A stretch of DNA of 64,000 bases from an uncultured Acidimicrobiia bacterium (GCA_963786955.1 CAWBAT010000005.1:1120001-1184000), one strand, 5' to 3'. Shown: positions 52,403-63,828, counted from the stretch's first letter. Numbers and translations: made by a program. Notes: generated from the letters alone by a model not told the origin.

Positions 52403-53428
52403 ATGAGTGGAAGGAAAACCCTGGGAGTTGTCTTGTTCCAACTTGGAGGTCCGGATTCTCTGGACTCCATTGAACCTTTTCTTCTCAATCTATTTCGAGA
52501 TCCCGACATCATTGATTTCCCCTTTGCCAAGATTGCCCGCGAACCGTTGGCGAGGTTAATCTCGTCCTCCCGAGCAAAAAGAGTGAGGAATCATTATGCC
52601 AAGATCGGTGGCAAGTCTCCGATCCTGGAATTTACGAAATTGCAGGCACGAGCCCTAGAGGCGGAACTGCAGACGGTTTGCGATGCAAAGGTGCATATTG
52701 CGATGCGATACTGGCACCCTCTTACGAAAGAGGCGGTTCGTTCTGTGGAGCAACAGTTGCCGGAGGAAGTTGTATTGTTACCCCTTTATCCACAGTATTC
52801 CAAGACGACCACGGGCAGTAGCTTAAACGAATGGGAACGTCAGACCCAAGTTTCTCCTATTGGCCGGATCCCGACTCGAACGGTTCGTGAATTTTACTCC
52901 TACCCGGGCTACCTCAGAGCCATTACGAGCAGGATCAATGAAAGCTTGACCCGCTTTCCGCTTACGGAAGAAGTCCATTTTGTTTTTAGTGCTCACAGTC
53001 TTCCAGTCAGCGTGATCGAAGGCGGAGATCCTTATCGGGACCAGATCGAAAAGACCGTAGATCTGGTTCTGGAATGCGGCGGGTGGAGCTTTTCCCACAC
53101 ACTTTGTTATCAAAGCAAGGTGGGGGCGAGCAAATGGCTGCAGCCCTCCTTGCACGACACCATTCATCAGCTTGGGATGAAAAAGGTCAGAAATGTTTTG
53201 GTCATACCGATTGCCTTTGTCTCCGATCATGTCGAGACTCTTAGTGAAATCGAACATGAAGCCCGGGAAGAGGCGGCTCATCACGGAATCCTGCAATTTG
53301 AAATGATGCGAGGACTCAATGATTCTCCTGAGTTTATTCAGGCTCTTGCCAAACTCGTGCTCAGCGAGTCAATGGATGCAAGTGCAAGAGATTTGGATCG
53401 AAAGGCGGTCAGGAGTTTTACCGGCTGA
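52403..53428 (+). CDS. hemH: Ferrochelatase
   Basis: QLGGP, AMRYWHP, PLYPQYS.TTTGS, FSAHSLP and FVSDHVETL.EI. Confidence 0.95.
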   Translation: MSGRKTLGVVLFQLGGPDSLDSIEPFLLNLFRDPDIIDFPFAKIAREPLARLISSSRAKRVRNHYAKIGGKSPILEFTKLQARALEAELQTVCDAKVHIAMRYWHPLTKEAVRSVEQQLPEEVVLLPLYPQYSKTTTGSSLNEWERQTQVSPIGRIPTRTVREFYSYPGYLRAITSRINESLTRFPLTEEVHFVFSAHSLPVSVIEGGDPYRDQIEKTVDLVLECGGWSFSHTLCYQSKVGASKWLQPSLHDTIHQLGMKKVRNVLVIPIAFVSDHVETLSEIEHEAREEAAHHGILQFEMMRGLNDSPEFIQALAKLVLSESMDASARDLDRKAVRSFTG

Positions 53429-53542
53429 GTTACAGACACGGGCAGTTTAGGGCTAAAAGAAAACCATATTCCTTCGACAACAGTACGCACTTTCCCTCTA
53501 ATTGCTCAGGTTATTGCCTCAAAGCCTGGGGGCAATTGCACC

Positions 53543-53571
53543 TTGACGTTCTGAATTCTGAATGATAGATT
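53543..53571 (+). promoter_or_regulatory. sigma70-type promoter of the ACIII/oxidase operon
   Basis: TTGACG-17 nt-TAGATT with TG extension. Confidence 0.65.
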
Positions 53572-53638
53572 CACGCCTCAACTTTAGTAGGCTCCGGTGA
53601 GTCAGCCCTTATTTATGAGCCGGATAGAATAGTCTCAC

Positions 53639-54289
53639 GTGTCACAGATCTTTCATCGCAGCACCAATACAATTTCACGAGTCACCATTTTTGGGGCGAT
53701 CTTCATTATCGCTGCACTCTTGACTGTGGCGCTCATGATTAATCGTTCCGGATACGTTACACAAGCCGACGTCCCTCGCGAGCAACCTGTACCTTTCAGC
53801 CACCAGCACCACGTGGGAGGAATTGGGATCGATTGTCGTTATTGTCACACGACTGTTGAAATTTCCCATTCCGCTAATATTCCGTCTACAAAGATTTGCA
53901 TGAACTGTCATTCCCAAATATGGACGACAAGTCCAACTCTCGAGCCCGTTCGTGAAAGCTTTCGCAAAGACAAATCTATTCCCTGGATTCGCGTTCACGA
54001 TTTGCCGGATTACGCCTATTTCAACCATAGCATTCACGTGAACAAAGGCGTTGGATGTTCAACCTGCCATGGGCGCGTGGATCGCATGCCGCTGGTTTGG
54101 CAACATGCCTCACTCCAGATGGAATGGTGTCTGGATTGCCATCGTCAGCCGGAAAAATATGTGCGACCTCGTGAAGAGGTGTTTGATATGGAGTACCAGC
54201 CGCCTGCAGACCAAATTGAGTTGGGCAGGAGACTCGTGAAGGAATACAAAATCCAAAGCTTAACACACTGTTCCACTTGCCACCGATGA
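53639..54289 (+). CDS. actA: Alternative complex III pentaheme cytochrome c
   Basis: Five CxxCH motifs, N-terminal TM segment and QPVPFSH..H. Confidence 0.92.
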   Translation: MSQIFHRSTNTISRVTIFGAIFIIAALLTVALMINRSGYVTQADVPREQPVPFSHQHHVGGIGIDCRYCHTTVEISHSANIPSTKICMNCHSQIWTTSPTLEPVRESFRKDKSIPWIRVHDLPDYAYFNHSIHVNKGVGCSTCHGRVDRMPLVWQHASLQMEWCLDCHRQPEKYVRPREEVFDMEYQPPADQIELGRRLVKEYKIQSLTHCSTCHR

Positions 54290-57200
54290 CAAGAAACCAC
54301 AGTCTTATAGACCTGGCTTCCGTCCGGTCGAAATTGAATCAGACCCAAGGACAAGCGTATTGGCGAAGCCTGGAAGAATTGGCAGACACCCCTGGATTTC
54401 AGGAATACCTGTATCGAGAATTCCCGCAGAACGTCGATCAGTGGATCGATCCGGTTGGCCGCCGCCGTTTCCTTCAATTGATGGGTGCCTCCCTTGCCTT
54501 GGCAGGCTTGACAGGCTGCACCAAGCAACCCGCTGAACACATTATGCCCTATGTCAAGGCTCCCGAAGAAATCGTGCCCGGCAAACCGTTGTTCTTTGCC
54601 ACCGCCCGGCCTCATATGGGGTTTACTGAAGGGCTGCTCGTTGAAAGCCATATGGGACGCCCCACCAAGATCGAAGGCAATCCTGAACACCCTGCCAGTC
54701 TTGGATCCACAGACGTGCTCTCGCAGGCTTCTATTCTGACGCTTTACGATCCGGATCGCTCCCAAGCGGTCACACAATACGGAGAAATTCGCTCCTACCC
54801 ATCCTTTCTTGGCGAAATGAGGAATACGGTTTCACTCCTTAAGGGGAGCCAAGGGGCGGGCCTCCGAATTCTGACAGAATCCACTACCTCGCCTTCACTG
54901 GCGGCCCAAATCAAAGACCTATTGGCCCTTTATCCCCTAGCTAGATGGCACCAATATGACGCTGTGAGTCGTGATATGGCTCGCAAAGGGGCCCTCATGG
55001 CATTCGGGGAGCACCTCGATACACGTTATGATTTTTCCAAAGCGAATGTAGTGCTTTCTCTCGATGCAGACTTCCTGACAGATAATCCCGGACGTCTGCG
55101 GTATACGCGCGATTTTGTCTCTCGGCGACGTGTTCGCGAAGGCCAATTCGAGATGAATCGCCTCTACGTTGTTGAGCCCACGCCCACCAACACCGGATCG
55201 ATGGCGGACCATCGTCTGCCTATGAGCGCTGGAGACGTTGAGAAATTTGCCTGGGCGCTTGTTCAGGAATTAGGCATCCCGGTTCAAAAGAAGAATTTAG
55301 AGGGAGCGCCCGGCGCTGCCTGGATCGCTCCGCTTGCAAAGGATTTGCGACTAAACTCGGGGAAATCGATTGTCATTCCAGGAGAACATCAGTCCCCGAC
55401 AGTTCATCTCTTGACTCACGCCATGAACCAGTTTCTCGGGAATATCGACAGTACTGTTTTTCATACCGATCCCGTGGAAGCCGATCCTACCGACCAATTC
55501 GCCTCGTTGCGCGATCTCGTGCGCTCGATGGAAGCAGGAAGTGTTGATACATTGCTCATTCTCGGGGGCAATCCCGTCTATACGACGCCCGCCGACTTAA
55601 ATTTTGCGGACGCCCTAACCAAAGTAAAACTGCGAATTCATTTGGGCCTATACAACGATGAAACAGCATTCCTCTGCCATTGGCACATCCCAGAAGCCCA
55701 TTTCCTTGAGTCCTGGAGCGACGGGCGGGCATACGATGGTACGCTTAGTATTTTACAGCCGTTGATTGCTCCTCTCTATGATGGCAAAACGTCACACGAA
55801 TTGCTCGCTGCTTTCACGACCAGGCCCGACCGATCCAGTTATGAAATTCTGCGAGATTATTGGAGGAGAAATTGGCCAGGCGCCGCTGTTCCAAAAGACA
55901 CAAGGCAATCCAAAGTGCCGTCCACTCAGGCGGAGGGGTTCGATCATTTTGAGCGGCAATGGCGGCAAGCGATCCACGACGGGTTTATTGCCGGAACGGC
56001 TTTGCCCGCGAAGAAGACTTCGATGGACGCCGGCCTGGTAAATCAACTGCAGCCGACCGCAATTTCCAGCAATCAAGCCAACAGCCAACTTGAGATCATT
56101 TTCCGTCCAGATCCGCACATTTTCGACGGTCATTTCGCCAATAATGGCTGGCTGCAAGAATTACCCAAACCTCATACCCGGCTCACTTGGGATAATGCGG
56201 CTCTCGTGAGCCCAGCTACCGCACAGAAGCTGCGACTGAATAATGAAGAGCTGGTTGAATTGAGTTACCAGGGACGTAAGGTTGAAGCGGCCGTATGGAT
56301 TTTGCCCGGTCAGAGTCCGAATTCAGTCACCCTTCATTTGGGATATGGCCGGACGTGGACAGGGCGAGTAGGTAAAGGGGCCGGATTCAATGCCTACTTG
56401 CTCCGCACCACGGATACAGCGTCGTTTGGTTCTGGCTTAGAGATTCGGAAAACCGGCAAGCACTACCCATTGGCCTGTACACAGCATCATTCCAGCATGG
56501 AAGGGCGTAACCTTGTCCGTGCCGGAACGCTTGAGGAGTTCAAGCAGAATCCTGATTTCGTTCAGGAGATGGGAGAGAATCGTCCCAACAGTCTTTCCGT
56601 GTACCCGGCATTCAAATACGAGGGAAACGCCTGGGGGATGGTGATCGACTTAAATGCATGCACAGGCTGCAACGCCTGTACTATCGCCTGCCAGTCCGAA
56701 AATAACATTCCGGTTGTCGGGAAAGAACAAGTCGTCATTGGTCGCGAGATGCACTGGATTCGGGTGGATCGTTACTTCAAAGGCGAACTGGACAACCCCG
56801 AAACCTATAACCAACCTGTTCCTTGCATGCAGTGTGAAAATGCTCCGTGCGAAGTCGTTTGCCCTGTGGGTGCCACTTCGCATAGCCCGGAAGGGCTAAA
56901 TGATATGACTTATAACCGTTGTGTGGGTACGCGTTATTGTCTCAATAATTGCCCTTACAAGGTGAGACGCTTCAATTTCCTGCTCTATTCGGATTTTGAA
57001 ACGCCAAGCCTGAAGCTGGGTCGAAATCCGGACGTCACCGTTCGATCGCGTGGAGTCATGGAGAAATGCACGTACTGCGTGCAAAGGATTAATGTGGCCA
57101 AAATCAATGCGGAAAAGGGAAATCGGCCCATTCGCGATGGAGAAATTGTGACCGCTTGCGAAGCCGTGTGTCCTGCTAAAGCCATTACCTTCGGGAATCT

Positions 57201-57336
57201 CAATGACCCGGCGAGTCGTGTGACTCGCCTCAAAGCTGAAAAACTGAATTATGGCCTGTTGGCCGATCTCAATACCCGGCCCAGAACGACGTATCTGGGA
57301 CGATTGAGGAATCCGAATCCGGAGATGATCCTCTAA
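54286..57336 (+). CDS. actB: Alternative complex III subunit B (Tat, molybdopterin-fold + Fe-S)
   Basis: YWRSLEEL, RRRFLQ Tat motif, CTGCNAC..AC and CMQCENAPC; ATGA overlap with actA. Confidence 0.92.
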   Translation: MTRNHSLIDLASVRSKLNQTQGQAYWRSLEELADTPGFQEYLYREFPQNVDQWIDPVGRRRFLQLMGASLALAGLTGCTKQPAEHIMPYVKAPEEIVPGKPLFFATARPHMGFTEGLLVESHMGRPTKIEGNPEHPASLGSTDVLSQASILTLYDPDRSQAVTQYGEIRSYPSFLGEMRNTVSLLKGSQGAGLRILTESTTSPSLAAQIKDLLALYPLARWHQYDAVSRDMARKGALMAFGEHLDTRYDFSKANVVLSLDADFLTDNPGRLRYTRDFVSRRRVREGQFEMNRLYVVEPTPTNTGSMADHRLPMSAGDVEKFAWALVQELGIPVQKKNLEGAPGAAWIAPLAKDLRLNSGKSIVIPGEHQSPTVHLLTHAMNQFLGNIDSTVFHTDPVEADPTDQFASLRDLVRSMEAGSVDTLLILGGNPVYTTPADLNFADALTKVKLRIHLGLYNDETAFLCHWHIPEAHFLESWSDGRAYDGTLSILQPLIAPLYDGKTSHELLAAFTTRPDRSSYEILRDYWRRNWPGAAVPKDTRQSKVPSTQAEGFDHFERQWRQAIHDGFIAGTALPAKKTSMDAGLVNQLQPTAISSNQANSQLEIIFRPDPHIFDGHFANNGWLQELPKPHTRLTWDNAALVSPATAQKLRLNNEELVELSYQGRKVEAAVWILPGQSPNSVTLHLGYGRTWTGRVGKGAGFNAYLLRTTDTASFGSGLEIRKTGKHYPLACTQHHSSMEGRNLVRAGTLEEFKQNPDFVQEMGENRPNSLSVYPAFKYEGNAWGMVIDLNACTGCNACTIACQSENNIPVVGKEQVVIGREMHWIRVDRYFKGELDNPETYNQPVPCMQCENAPCEVVCPVGATSHSPEGLNDMTYNRCVGTRYCLNNCPYKVRRFNFLLYSDFETPSLKLGRNPDVTVRSRGVMEKCTYCVQRINVAKINAEKGNRPIRDGEIVTACEAVCPAKAITFGNLNDPASRVTRLKAEKLNYGLLADLNTRPRTTYLGRLRNPNPEMIL

Positions 57337-57389
57337 AGAGGCTTCAAGTTCCTATGGGCAGAAGCGCCTGAATTATTTCACCTGAACTC

Positions 57390-58775
57390 ATGAATCAAGA
57401 TCAATCCAGTCCGACAACCACCCATTTGACAGAGACGGCACCTATCATTGAGCCGGGCTATACTTTTGCCTCCGTGACGGACAAGATCAGCGCTGTTGTC
57501 TTGACTCATCGGACCCCGCGAGGCTGGTATTTTGGTTTCGGAATCGGCTTCATCCTGGTCATGCTGCTCCTCACGACGATCGGCCGGCTTCTGGTTGTCG
57601 GAACTGGCATTTGGGGCGTAACGAATCCTGTTGGTTGGGGATTTGACATCATCAATTTTGTCTGGTGGATTGGCATCGGACATGCCGGCACTCTGATCTC
57701 GGCCATCCTCTTGCTTCTGCGTCAGGAATGGCGGACTTCGATTAATCGGTTTGCGGAGGCCATGACTCTCTTTGCAGTTGCCTGTGCGGCACTCTATCCC
57801 TTGTTGCACACCGGCAGACCTTGGTTGGCCATCTACTGGCTCTTCCCCTATCCCAACACCATGGGACTCTGGCCGCAATTCCGCAGTCCACTCATCTGGG
57901 ACGTTTTCGCGGTTTCGACGTACGCAACAGTCTCCTTGCTCTTTTGGTTTGTTGGATTGATCCCGGACCTGGCTACACTCCGAGATCGTTCCCCCAACCG
58001 TTTTGGACGAATCCTGTTTGGGATTTTGGCCATGGGATGGCGCGGGTCAGCCCGCCACTGGACTCGTTATGAAGCGGCCTATTTGCTTCTGGCGGGCTTA
58101 TCTACCCCCCTTGTCCTATCGGTCCACTCGATCGTTAGTTTTGACTTCGCGGTCTCCGTGATCCCGGGCTGGCATGCAACCATTTTCCCGCCCTACTTTG
58201 TTGCGGGCGCCGTTTTCGCGGGGTTTGCCATGGTGCTTATTTTGGCGATTCCCATTCGGAAATTCTACGGTTTGGAAGATTTCATTACCCTGCGGCATCT
58301 CGATAACATGGCCAAGATTCTTTTGGTGACGGGCCTGATCGTGTCTTACGGCTATATGATGGAAGCCTTTTTCGGCTGGTACAGTGCGAATCCTTACGAG
58401 AGTTATATGATCTTGAATCGGATGAAAGGTCCTTATGCCTTCTTTTACTGGGTATTGATTTTCTGCAATGTTGTGGCACCGCAAGTTTTTTGGTCGAAAC
58501 GCATGCGGACAAACATTGCTGTGCTGTTTACCGTCTCCATTATTGTCAGCGTCGGAATGTGGCTGGAGCGCTTCATCATTGTCGTGACGAGCCTCAGTCG
58601 TGATTTCTTACCGTCGTCTTGGGGAATGTACTATCCGACTCGCTGGGATTTTGGAATGTTCTTCGGAACCATCGGCCTGTTTGTCAGCCTTTTGTTTTTG
58701 TTCCTGCGCTTTCTACCGATGATCTCAATTTTTGAAATGCGCACGATTCTCCCGCAAGCAGAGGTCAAGGAATAG
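57390..58775 (+). CDS. actC: Alternative complex III NrfD-like subunit C
   Basis: [18 protein letters not shown] and [14 protein letters not shown]. Confidence 0.92.
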   Translation: MNQDQSSPTTTHLTETAPIIEPGYTFASVTDKISAVVLTHRTPRGWYFGFGIGFILVMLLLTTIGRLLVVGTGIWGVTNPVGWGFDIINFVWWIGIGHAGTLISAILLLLRQEWRTSINRFAEAMTLFAVACAALYPLLHTGRPWLAIYWLFPYPNTMGLWPQFRSPLIWDVFAVSTYATVSLLFWFVGLIPDLATLRDRSPNRFGRILFGILAMGWRGSARHWTRYEAAYLLLAGLSTPLVLSVHSIVSFDFAVSVIPGWHATIFPPYFVAGAVFAGFAMVLILAIPIRKFYGLEDFITLRHLDNMAKILLVTGLIVSYGYMMEAFFGWYSANPYESYMILNRMKGPYAFFYWVLIFCNVVAPQVFWSKRMRTNIAVLFTVSIIVSVGMWLERFIIVVTSLSRDFLPSSWGMYYPTRWDFGMFFGTIGLFVSLLFLFLRFLPMISIFEMRTILPQAEVKE

Positions 58776-58828
58776 AAAGGCAGGCCTTCGTTGAGTCATA
58801 TGAAACGAGAACCACTGGAGTTCAACGT

Positions 58829-59371
58829 TTGATGCGGTCGAGATCTTCTCTTTACGGATTAATGGCGGAATTTGACAGTGCCACGTCATTGGTGGCTGCT
58901 GCAAAACGCACCCGTGACTATGGGTATAAGAAAATGGATGCGTATTCGCCATTTCCCATTGAAGAGTTAAGTGAAGCCATTGGGTTTCACGATTGGCGCC
59001 TGCCGTTCATTGTTCTTTGCGGAGGCATAATGGGCTGCCTTGCCGGCTTCTTTTTCCAATATTGGACGACTGTGGTGGATTATCCGGTGAATATTGGCGG
59101 TCGCCCTTTGTTTAGTTGGCCGTCGTTTATTCCGGTAACCTTTGAGACGACCGTGCTGGGAGCCTCCCTCGGGGCGGTCCTGGGGATGTTAGGTCTCAAT
59201 GGTTTGCCGATGCCCTATCACCCGGTCTTCAACGTGTCCAGGTTCGCGCTTGCGAGCCGCGATCGTTTCTTCTTATGTATTGAGGCACGGGATCCAAAAT
59301 TTGATCAGGAGGCCACTCGACGATTTCTCGAGTCGCTGGGACCACGCATTGTTCATGAAGTCCCCCATTGA
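58829..59371 (+). CDS. actD: Alternative complex III subunit D (DUF3341)
   Basis: DAYSPFP and GGRP.FSWP.FIPVTFE. Confidence 0.9.
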   Translation: MMRSRSSLYGLMAEFDSATSLVAAAKRTRDYGYKKMDAYSPFPIEELSEAIGFHDWRLPFIVLCGGIMGCLAGFFFQYWTTVVDYPVNIGGRPLFSWPSFIPVTFETTVLGASLGAVLGMLGLNGLPMPYHPVFNVSRFALASRDRFFLCIEARDPKFDQEATRRFLESLGPRIVHEVPH

Positions 59372-59374
59372 TTT

Positions 59375-60112
59375 GTGATGAAGAGCATCGTGCGTTTTAT
59401 GAATTGCGCCAAACAATTCAAGAGCCGGTCTGGCCTATGGGCTAATGAGAACATGGGCCAGTTCTGCCTGAACTCTTTTTCTACTTCTCGAGCTCTGTCT
59501 CCGTTCTTGCTGGTCCTGGGATTGACGATCCTGACCGGTTGTCGTCAGGACATGCAAAATCAACCCAAATACAAAGCGCTGGCTCCCAGCAGTTTTTTCT
59601 CAGACGGACGTTCTGCGCGACCACTGGTGTCTGGAACGGTGGCCAGAGGGGATCTCCGAGAAGATACGGATCTCTACCTGGGTAAAGTTGATGGAAAGCT
59701 GGTCGATGCATTCCCCTTTCCTGTGACCAAGCAGATCCTGGAACGAGGGCAGGAACGTTACAATATTTATTGCGTTCCCTGCCACGACCGGGTTGGAAAT
59801 GGGCAGGGGATGGTTGTGAAGCGGGGGTTTCGGCCCCCACCGTCCTACCATATTGAACGTTTGAGGCAAGCTCCGGCAGGATATTTTTATGATGTGATCA
59901 CGAATGGGTTTGGCGCGATGCAGGACTATTCCGTGCAGGTCCCAGTTCGAGACCGATGGGCGATCGTGGCGTATATTCGAGTGTTGCAGTTAAGCCAACA
60001 TGCCAGCCTGAATGACGTGGCCGAAGCAGATCGCAATAAGTTGAATGGAGAAGCCGGTTCCCGGTCCACACCGCCGCATCCCCAGGAAAACCATGGGTCA
60101 ATTGGTGAGTAG
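59375..60112 (+). CDS. actE: Alternative complex III monoheme lipoprotein subunit E
   Basis: Lipobox LTGC-RQDM and CVPCH. Start uncertain. Confidence 0.88.
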   Translation: MMKSIVRFMNCAKQFKSRSGLWANENMGQFCLNSFSTSRALSPFLLVLGLTILTGCRQDMQNQPKYKALAPSSFFSDGRSARPLVSGTVARGDLREDTDLYLGKVDGKLVDAFPFPVTKQILERGQERYNIYCVPCHDRVGNGQGMVVKRGFRPPPSYHIERLRQAPAGYFYDVITNGFGAMQDYSVQVPVRDRWAIVAYIRVLQLSQHASLNDVAEADRNKLNGEAGSRSTPPHPQENHGSIGE

Positions 60113-60139
60113 GTTAAAGACAGGGTCAAAGGGGTTCTA

Positions 60140-61324
60140 TTGATCGAGATTCAGGATGCAACTCTAAACTTACCCATTCTCCAAAGGGTGCAGAAGCGAA
60201 GCTTTGCCGCGGGCGGAATTTTTCTAGCCTTGTGCATTGGGGGTGCCATATCAAACCCCGACCAATTTTTTCGATCCTACTTATTTGCCTTCGTCTTTTG
60301 GAGCGGGATTCCACTGGGTTCCCTGGCGATCCTGATGCTTCAATACCTTACGGGGGGCGCATGGGGGATCATGATACGGCGGTTGCTTGAAGCCTCAACG
60401 CGCACATTGCCGATCTTGGCTGCACTGTTCGTCCCAATCTTTTTCGGGATGCAGCACCTCTATGAGTGGGCCCAGCCTGAAAAGGTGAAAGCCGACAAGA
60501 TCTTGCAGCATAAGGCCCCTTATTTGAATATCCCTTTTTTTGCCTTGAGAACCGTCGTGTACTTTCTGGCGTGGTACAGCCTGATTTACTTTTTCAATAA
60601 GTGGTCGCAGCAACAGGATGACAACAAGGCGGCCCGGACAAAATTCAACGCGGAGAGTCTGAGCGGCCCTGGGCTTGTTATTTTTGGGGCTACCGCAACT
60701 TTTGCTTCTTTCGACTGGGTGATGTCTCTTGAGCCGCACTGGTATTCCACCATATTTGGCATGTATTACATGATCGGGCAAACCTTAACCACATTTTCTT
60801 TTACGATTTTGGTTTTGATCCTGCTGGCGGAGAGGAAGCCCTTGTCGGAAGTACTCTCACCCGAACACCTCCATGACCTGGGAAAGTTGACCCTTGCCTT
60901 CGTAATGATTTGGGCCTACCTGTCCTTCTCCCAATTCTTGATTATCTGGTCTGGAAATTTGCCGGAAGAAACACCGTATTATTTAAAACGTTTAGCCAAC
61001 GGCTGGTGGTGGCTGCAACTTGCATTGATCTTGTTCCACTTTGCACTCCCGTTTATTCTATTGCTCTCACGGAGCTTGAAGAGGGCTCCTCGGCAGCTGA
61101 TTAAAGTGGCGTCTTTGATCCTCTTCATGAGATTGATTGATTTGTTCCTCCTGATAGCCCCTACTGGACACGATGGGCATTTCCGCATCCATTGGATGGA
61201 TCTGGCTGCGCTCTTGGGAATCGGTGGCGTCTGGTTGGGAGTATTCTGCAGGACCTTGATTGCCCGACCAGTGCTTCCAGTTCATGATCCTGCGTTTGAG
61301 GAGGCGCTGCAAGGTGGCCACTAA
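60140..61324 (+). CDS. actF: Alternative complex III membrane subunit F
   Basis: DWVMSLEPHWYSTIFG and FSQFLIIWSGNLPEE. Confidence 0.88.
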   Translation: MIEIQDATLNLPILQRVQKRSFAAGGIFLALCIGGAISNPDQFFRSYLFAFVFWSGIPLGSLAILMLQYLTGGAWGIMIRRLLEASTRTLPILAALFVPIFFGMQHLYEWAQPEKVKADKILQHKAPYLNIPFFALRTVVYFLAWYSLIYFFNKWSQQQDDNKAARTKFNAESLSGPGLVIFGATATFASFDWVMSLEPHWYSTIFGMYYMIGQTLTTFSFTILVLILLAERKPLSEVLSPEHLHDLGKLTLAFVMIWAYLSFSQFLIIWSGNLPEETPYYLKRLANGWWWLQLALILFHFALPFILLLSRSLKRAPRQLIKVASLILFMRLIDLFLLIAPTGHDGHFRIHWMDLAALLGIGGVWLGVFCRTLIARPVLPVHDPAFEEALQGGH

Positions 61325-61787
61325 GCACGGAAATCTTGAGCAGATACCGCCTGAAAGCCAACATGAAGCTAGTGATGTCAGCGCTAGGCCTATCTTCTAC
61401 TTTGCCATTGCTCTTGTCATTCTCATCATTTTTACCGTGATCTCGATGAAGGGGCTCTTCAATTTTCTTGATCAAGAAGCCGATCGCTCTGACACGCAGC
61501 TTTCCGGTGTTGCCTTCGAGCGCCCCACACTGCCCCCCTTACCTCGTTTGGAGTCGGATCCGGTTGCTGTTCGAAGACAATTTTTCCAAAATGAAAAGAA
61601 AATCATTGAGAGTTATGGCTGGGTAGATCAGAAACAGGGTATTGTGCGAGTTCCAATCAATCGGGCTATGGAATTACTGGTTGAGCGGGGTTTGCCAGTG
61701 AGGGCTGAGGCCAAAGTGAACCCAAGCAGTGAGCAATCTCGAGAGCCGGGAAAGTTAGAAGCAGAGAAAAGCCCAGCTGGAAAGTAG
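61314..61787 (+). CDS. Single-TM protein of the ACIII/oxidase operon (ActG-like)
   Basis: HEASD, one TM segment, PPLPRL and YGWVD..G.VR.PI..AM; GTG start after GAGGAGG. Confidence 0.7.
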   Translation: MATKHGNLEQIPPESQHEASDVSARPIFYFAIALVILIIFTVISMKGLFNFLDQEADRSDTQLSGVAFERPTLPPLPRLESDPVAVRRQFFQNEKKIIESYGWVDQKQGIVRVPINRAMELLVERGLPVRAEAKVNPSSEQSREPGKLEAEKSPAGK

Positions 61788-62780
61788 GTGAGAGGAAACA
61801 TGTTACGAAGTCACTACGAGTACGAATCGATAAGACAGGCATTCAGGCGATTTTCATCTCTGGTCCCGCCGGGGAGAGAGGCGCGTTGTCGCTCAGTTTC
61901 TTCGCCCCTTCAGCGATGGAGGAAAATAGTGACTTTCTCGCTCCCCTCGAGTTTTCGAGTCCTCAAATTGTTTTTCATGGCTTGCCTTTTCATTTTCAGG
62001 GGAACGAGCCTAACGGCGTCGACCCTTCAGCCGGCCCCAAACCAGCTCCCCGAAGCTGTGCGCAACGTGGGCATTGATCAGCGGCTCAATGAACAGTTGC
62101 CGTTGGATTTGGTGTTTAGGGATGAAAATGGGAAGGCCGTCCAGCTCGGAGACTATTTTCGGGAAAAGCCCGTTATCTTGACCCTCGTTTATCACGAATG
62201 TCCGATGCTCTGCAGTGAAGTGCTGGATGGATTACTTCGCACGCTGCGTGTCTTAAAATTCAATATCGGTAAGGATTTCGACGTCATCACCGTGAGTTTT
62301 AATCCCGAGGAGGATGCCACGATTGCCCGATCTGTCAAGGAAACCTACCTGAAGCGATACAGGCGGGAGGGTGCGGAAGCGGGATGGCATTTTCTGACTG
62401 GAGAACAACCTTCCATTGAGAAGTTAACGAAAGCTGTGGGGTTCCGCTACGGCTATGATTCGGCCAAAAAACTGTATGTCCATGCGGCAGGGATTATGTT
62501 GGTGACTCCTCAAGGGCGGTTATCGCGTTACTTCTATGGAATTGAGTTTCCGGCCAAAGATCTCCGTTTAGGACTGGTTGAGGCCTCACAAAATAAGATC
62601 GGTTCAGTAGTAGACCAGGTTCTACTCTACTGTTACCACTATGATCCGGCCACCGGGACATACGGCCTGGTCATCATGACGATTGTCCGAATACTTGGAA
62701 TTGCTTTTGTCCTTGGCATGGGGTTATGCATCGCTCTCATGTTGCGCCGGGAGAAGGGCGCAAAGTATTTAGTTTCGTAA
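61788..62780 (+). CDS. SCO1/SenC copper chaperone
   Basis: CPMLC, GWHFLTG and H in YVHAAG; true start probably downstream. Confidence 0.9.
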   Translation: MRGNMLRSHYEYESIRQAFRRFSSLVPPGREARCRSVSSPLQRWRKIVTFSLPSSFRVLKLFFMACLFIFRGTSLTASTLQPAPNQLPEAVRNVGIDQRLNEQLPLDLVFRDENGKAVQLGDYFREKPVILTLVYHECPMLCSEVLDGLLRTLRVLKFNIGKDFDVITVSFNPEEDATIARSVKETYLKRYRREGAEAGWHFLTGEQPSIEKLTKAVGFRYGYDSAKKLYVHAAGIMLVTPQGRLSRYFYGIEFPAKDLRLGLVEASQNKIGSVVDQVLLYCYHYDPATGTYGLVIMTIVRILGIAFVLGMGLCIALMLRREKGAKYLVS

Positions 62781-62823
62781 TCGCTTTTTCGCATTGAAGT
62801 AAGATTCCAAAATACCGATCACT

Positions 62824-63828
62824 ATGCATTCCGAATTCCCATTATTTCCGGATCAAGCCTCTACGCTGGCCGCTGAAGTGGATCATCTGTACTTCTTTTT
62901 GTGCCTGGTCACGCTATTTTTTTCAACCCTGATTGCAGGGCTTCTTTTATTCTTCGCAATCCGATTCCGCCGCCGGTCGGAAGTTGAATTGCCTCAGCCG
63001 GTCACGGGTTCTTCGACTCTTGAGATTCTATGGACTGTGATCCCGTCCATTATTCTCGTGGTGATTTTCTTTTGGAGTGCCAAGATCTACTTCTCTATCG
63101 CCCGCCCTCCATCCGATGCCATGCCCATTTACGTCGTAGCGAAACAATGGATGTGGAAACTGCAACATCTGGAGGGACAGCGGGAAATCAATGAACTCCA
63201 TATTCCCGTTAACCGCGCGGTTCGCCTGATCATGTCGTCTGAAGACGTGATCCACAGTTTTTATGTGCCGGCATTCCGAGTCAAACAGGATGTGCTGCCG
63301 GGGCGCTATTCAACCCTCTGGTTCAAAGGGACGCGACCCGGCGAATACCATCTGTTTTGTGCGGAATATTGCGGGACAAAGCACTCGGGTATGATTGGCA
63401 AGGTGGTGGTCATGGAACCGGCTGATTTTCAAAATTGGCTGAGTGGAGGCTCTCGCGAGGAATCGATGCAGGTGAGAGGCGAGCGCCTCTTTCAGAACTT
63501 TTCTTGCGTCAATTGTCATCACTCGGACGGGAAAGGCCGTGGGCCGGCACTCGAAGGGATCTTCGGAAAACCTGTCAGGCTGCAAACCGGCCAAACGATC
63601 ATTGCCGACGAGAACTATTTGAGAGAATCAATCTTGAATCCAAGCCTAAGAGTGGTTGAAGGATACCAACCGCTGATGCCGATGTTTCAAGGCTTAATTA
63701 ATGAAGATGGACTGGCCCAGATTCTGGCATACATCAAATCGCTGACCCCTCAGGTTCCAGAGGCTGTCAGCGCCCATGCCACGAAAGATCTGGCCAGACC
63801 GAATGAAAGGCAGAATCAAAAACCATGA
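62824..63828 (+). CDS. coxB: Cytochrome c oxidase subunit II with fused cytochrome c (caa3 type)
   Basis: DVIHSF, CuA motif CAEYCGTKHSGM and heme motif CVNCH. Confidence 0.95.
   Translation: MHSEFPLFPDQASTLAAEVDHLYFFLCLVTLFFSTLIAGLLLFFAIRFRRRSEVELPQPVTGSSTLEILWTVIPSIILVVIFFWSAKIYFSIARPPSDAMPIYVVAKQWMWKLQHLEGQREINELHIPVNRAVRLIMSSEDVIHSFYVPAFRVKQDVLPGRYSTLWFKGTRPGEYHLFCAEYCGTKHSGMIGKVVVMEPADFQNWLSGGSREESMQVRGERLFQNFSCVNCHHSDGKGRGPALEGIFGKPVRLQTGQTIIADENYLRESILNPSLRVVEGYQPLMPMFQGLINEDGLAQILAYIKSLTPQVPEAVSAHATKDLARPNERQNQKP

Noticed and set aside
54030-54045. parS-like palindrome TTCACGTGAA
   Set aside because: Only the 10-bp core matches, the flanks do not, and it lies within actA codons.
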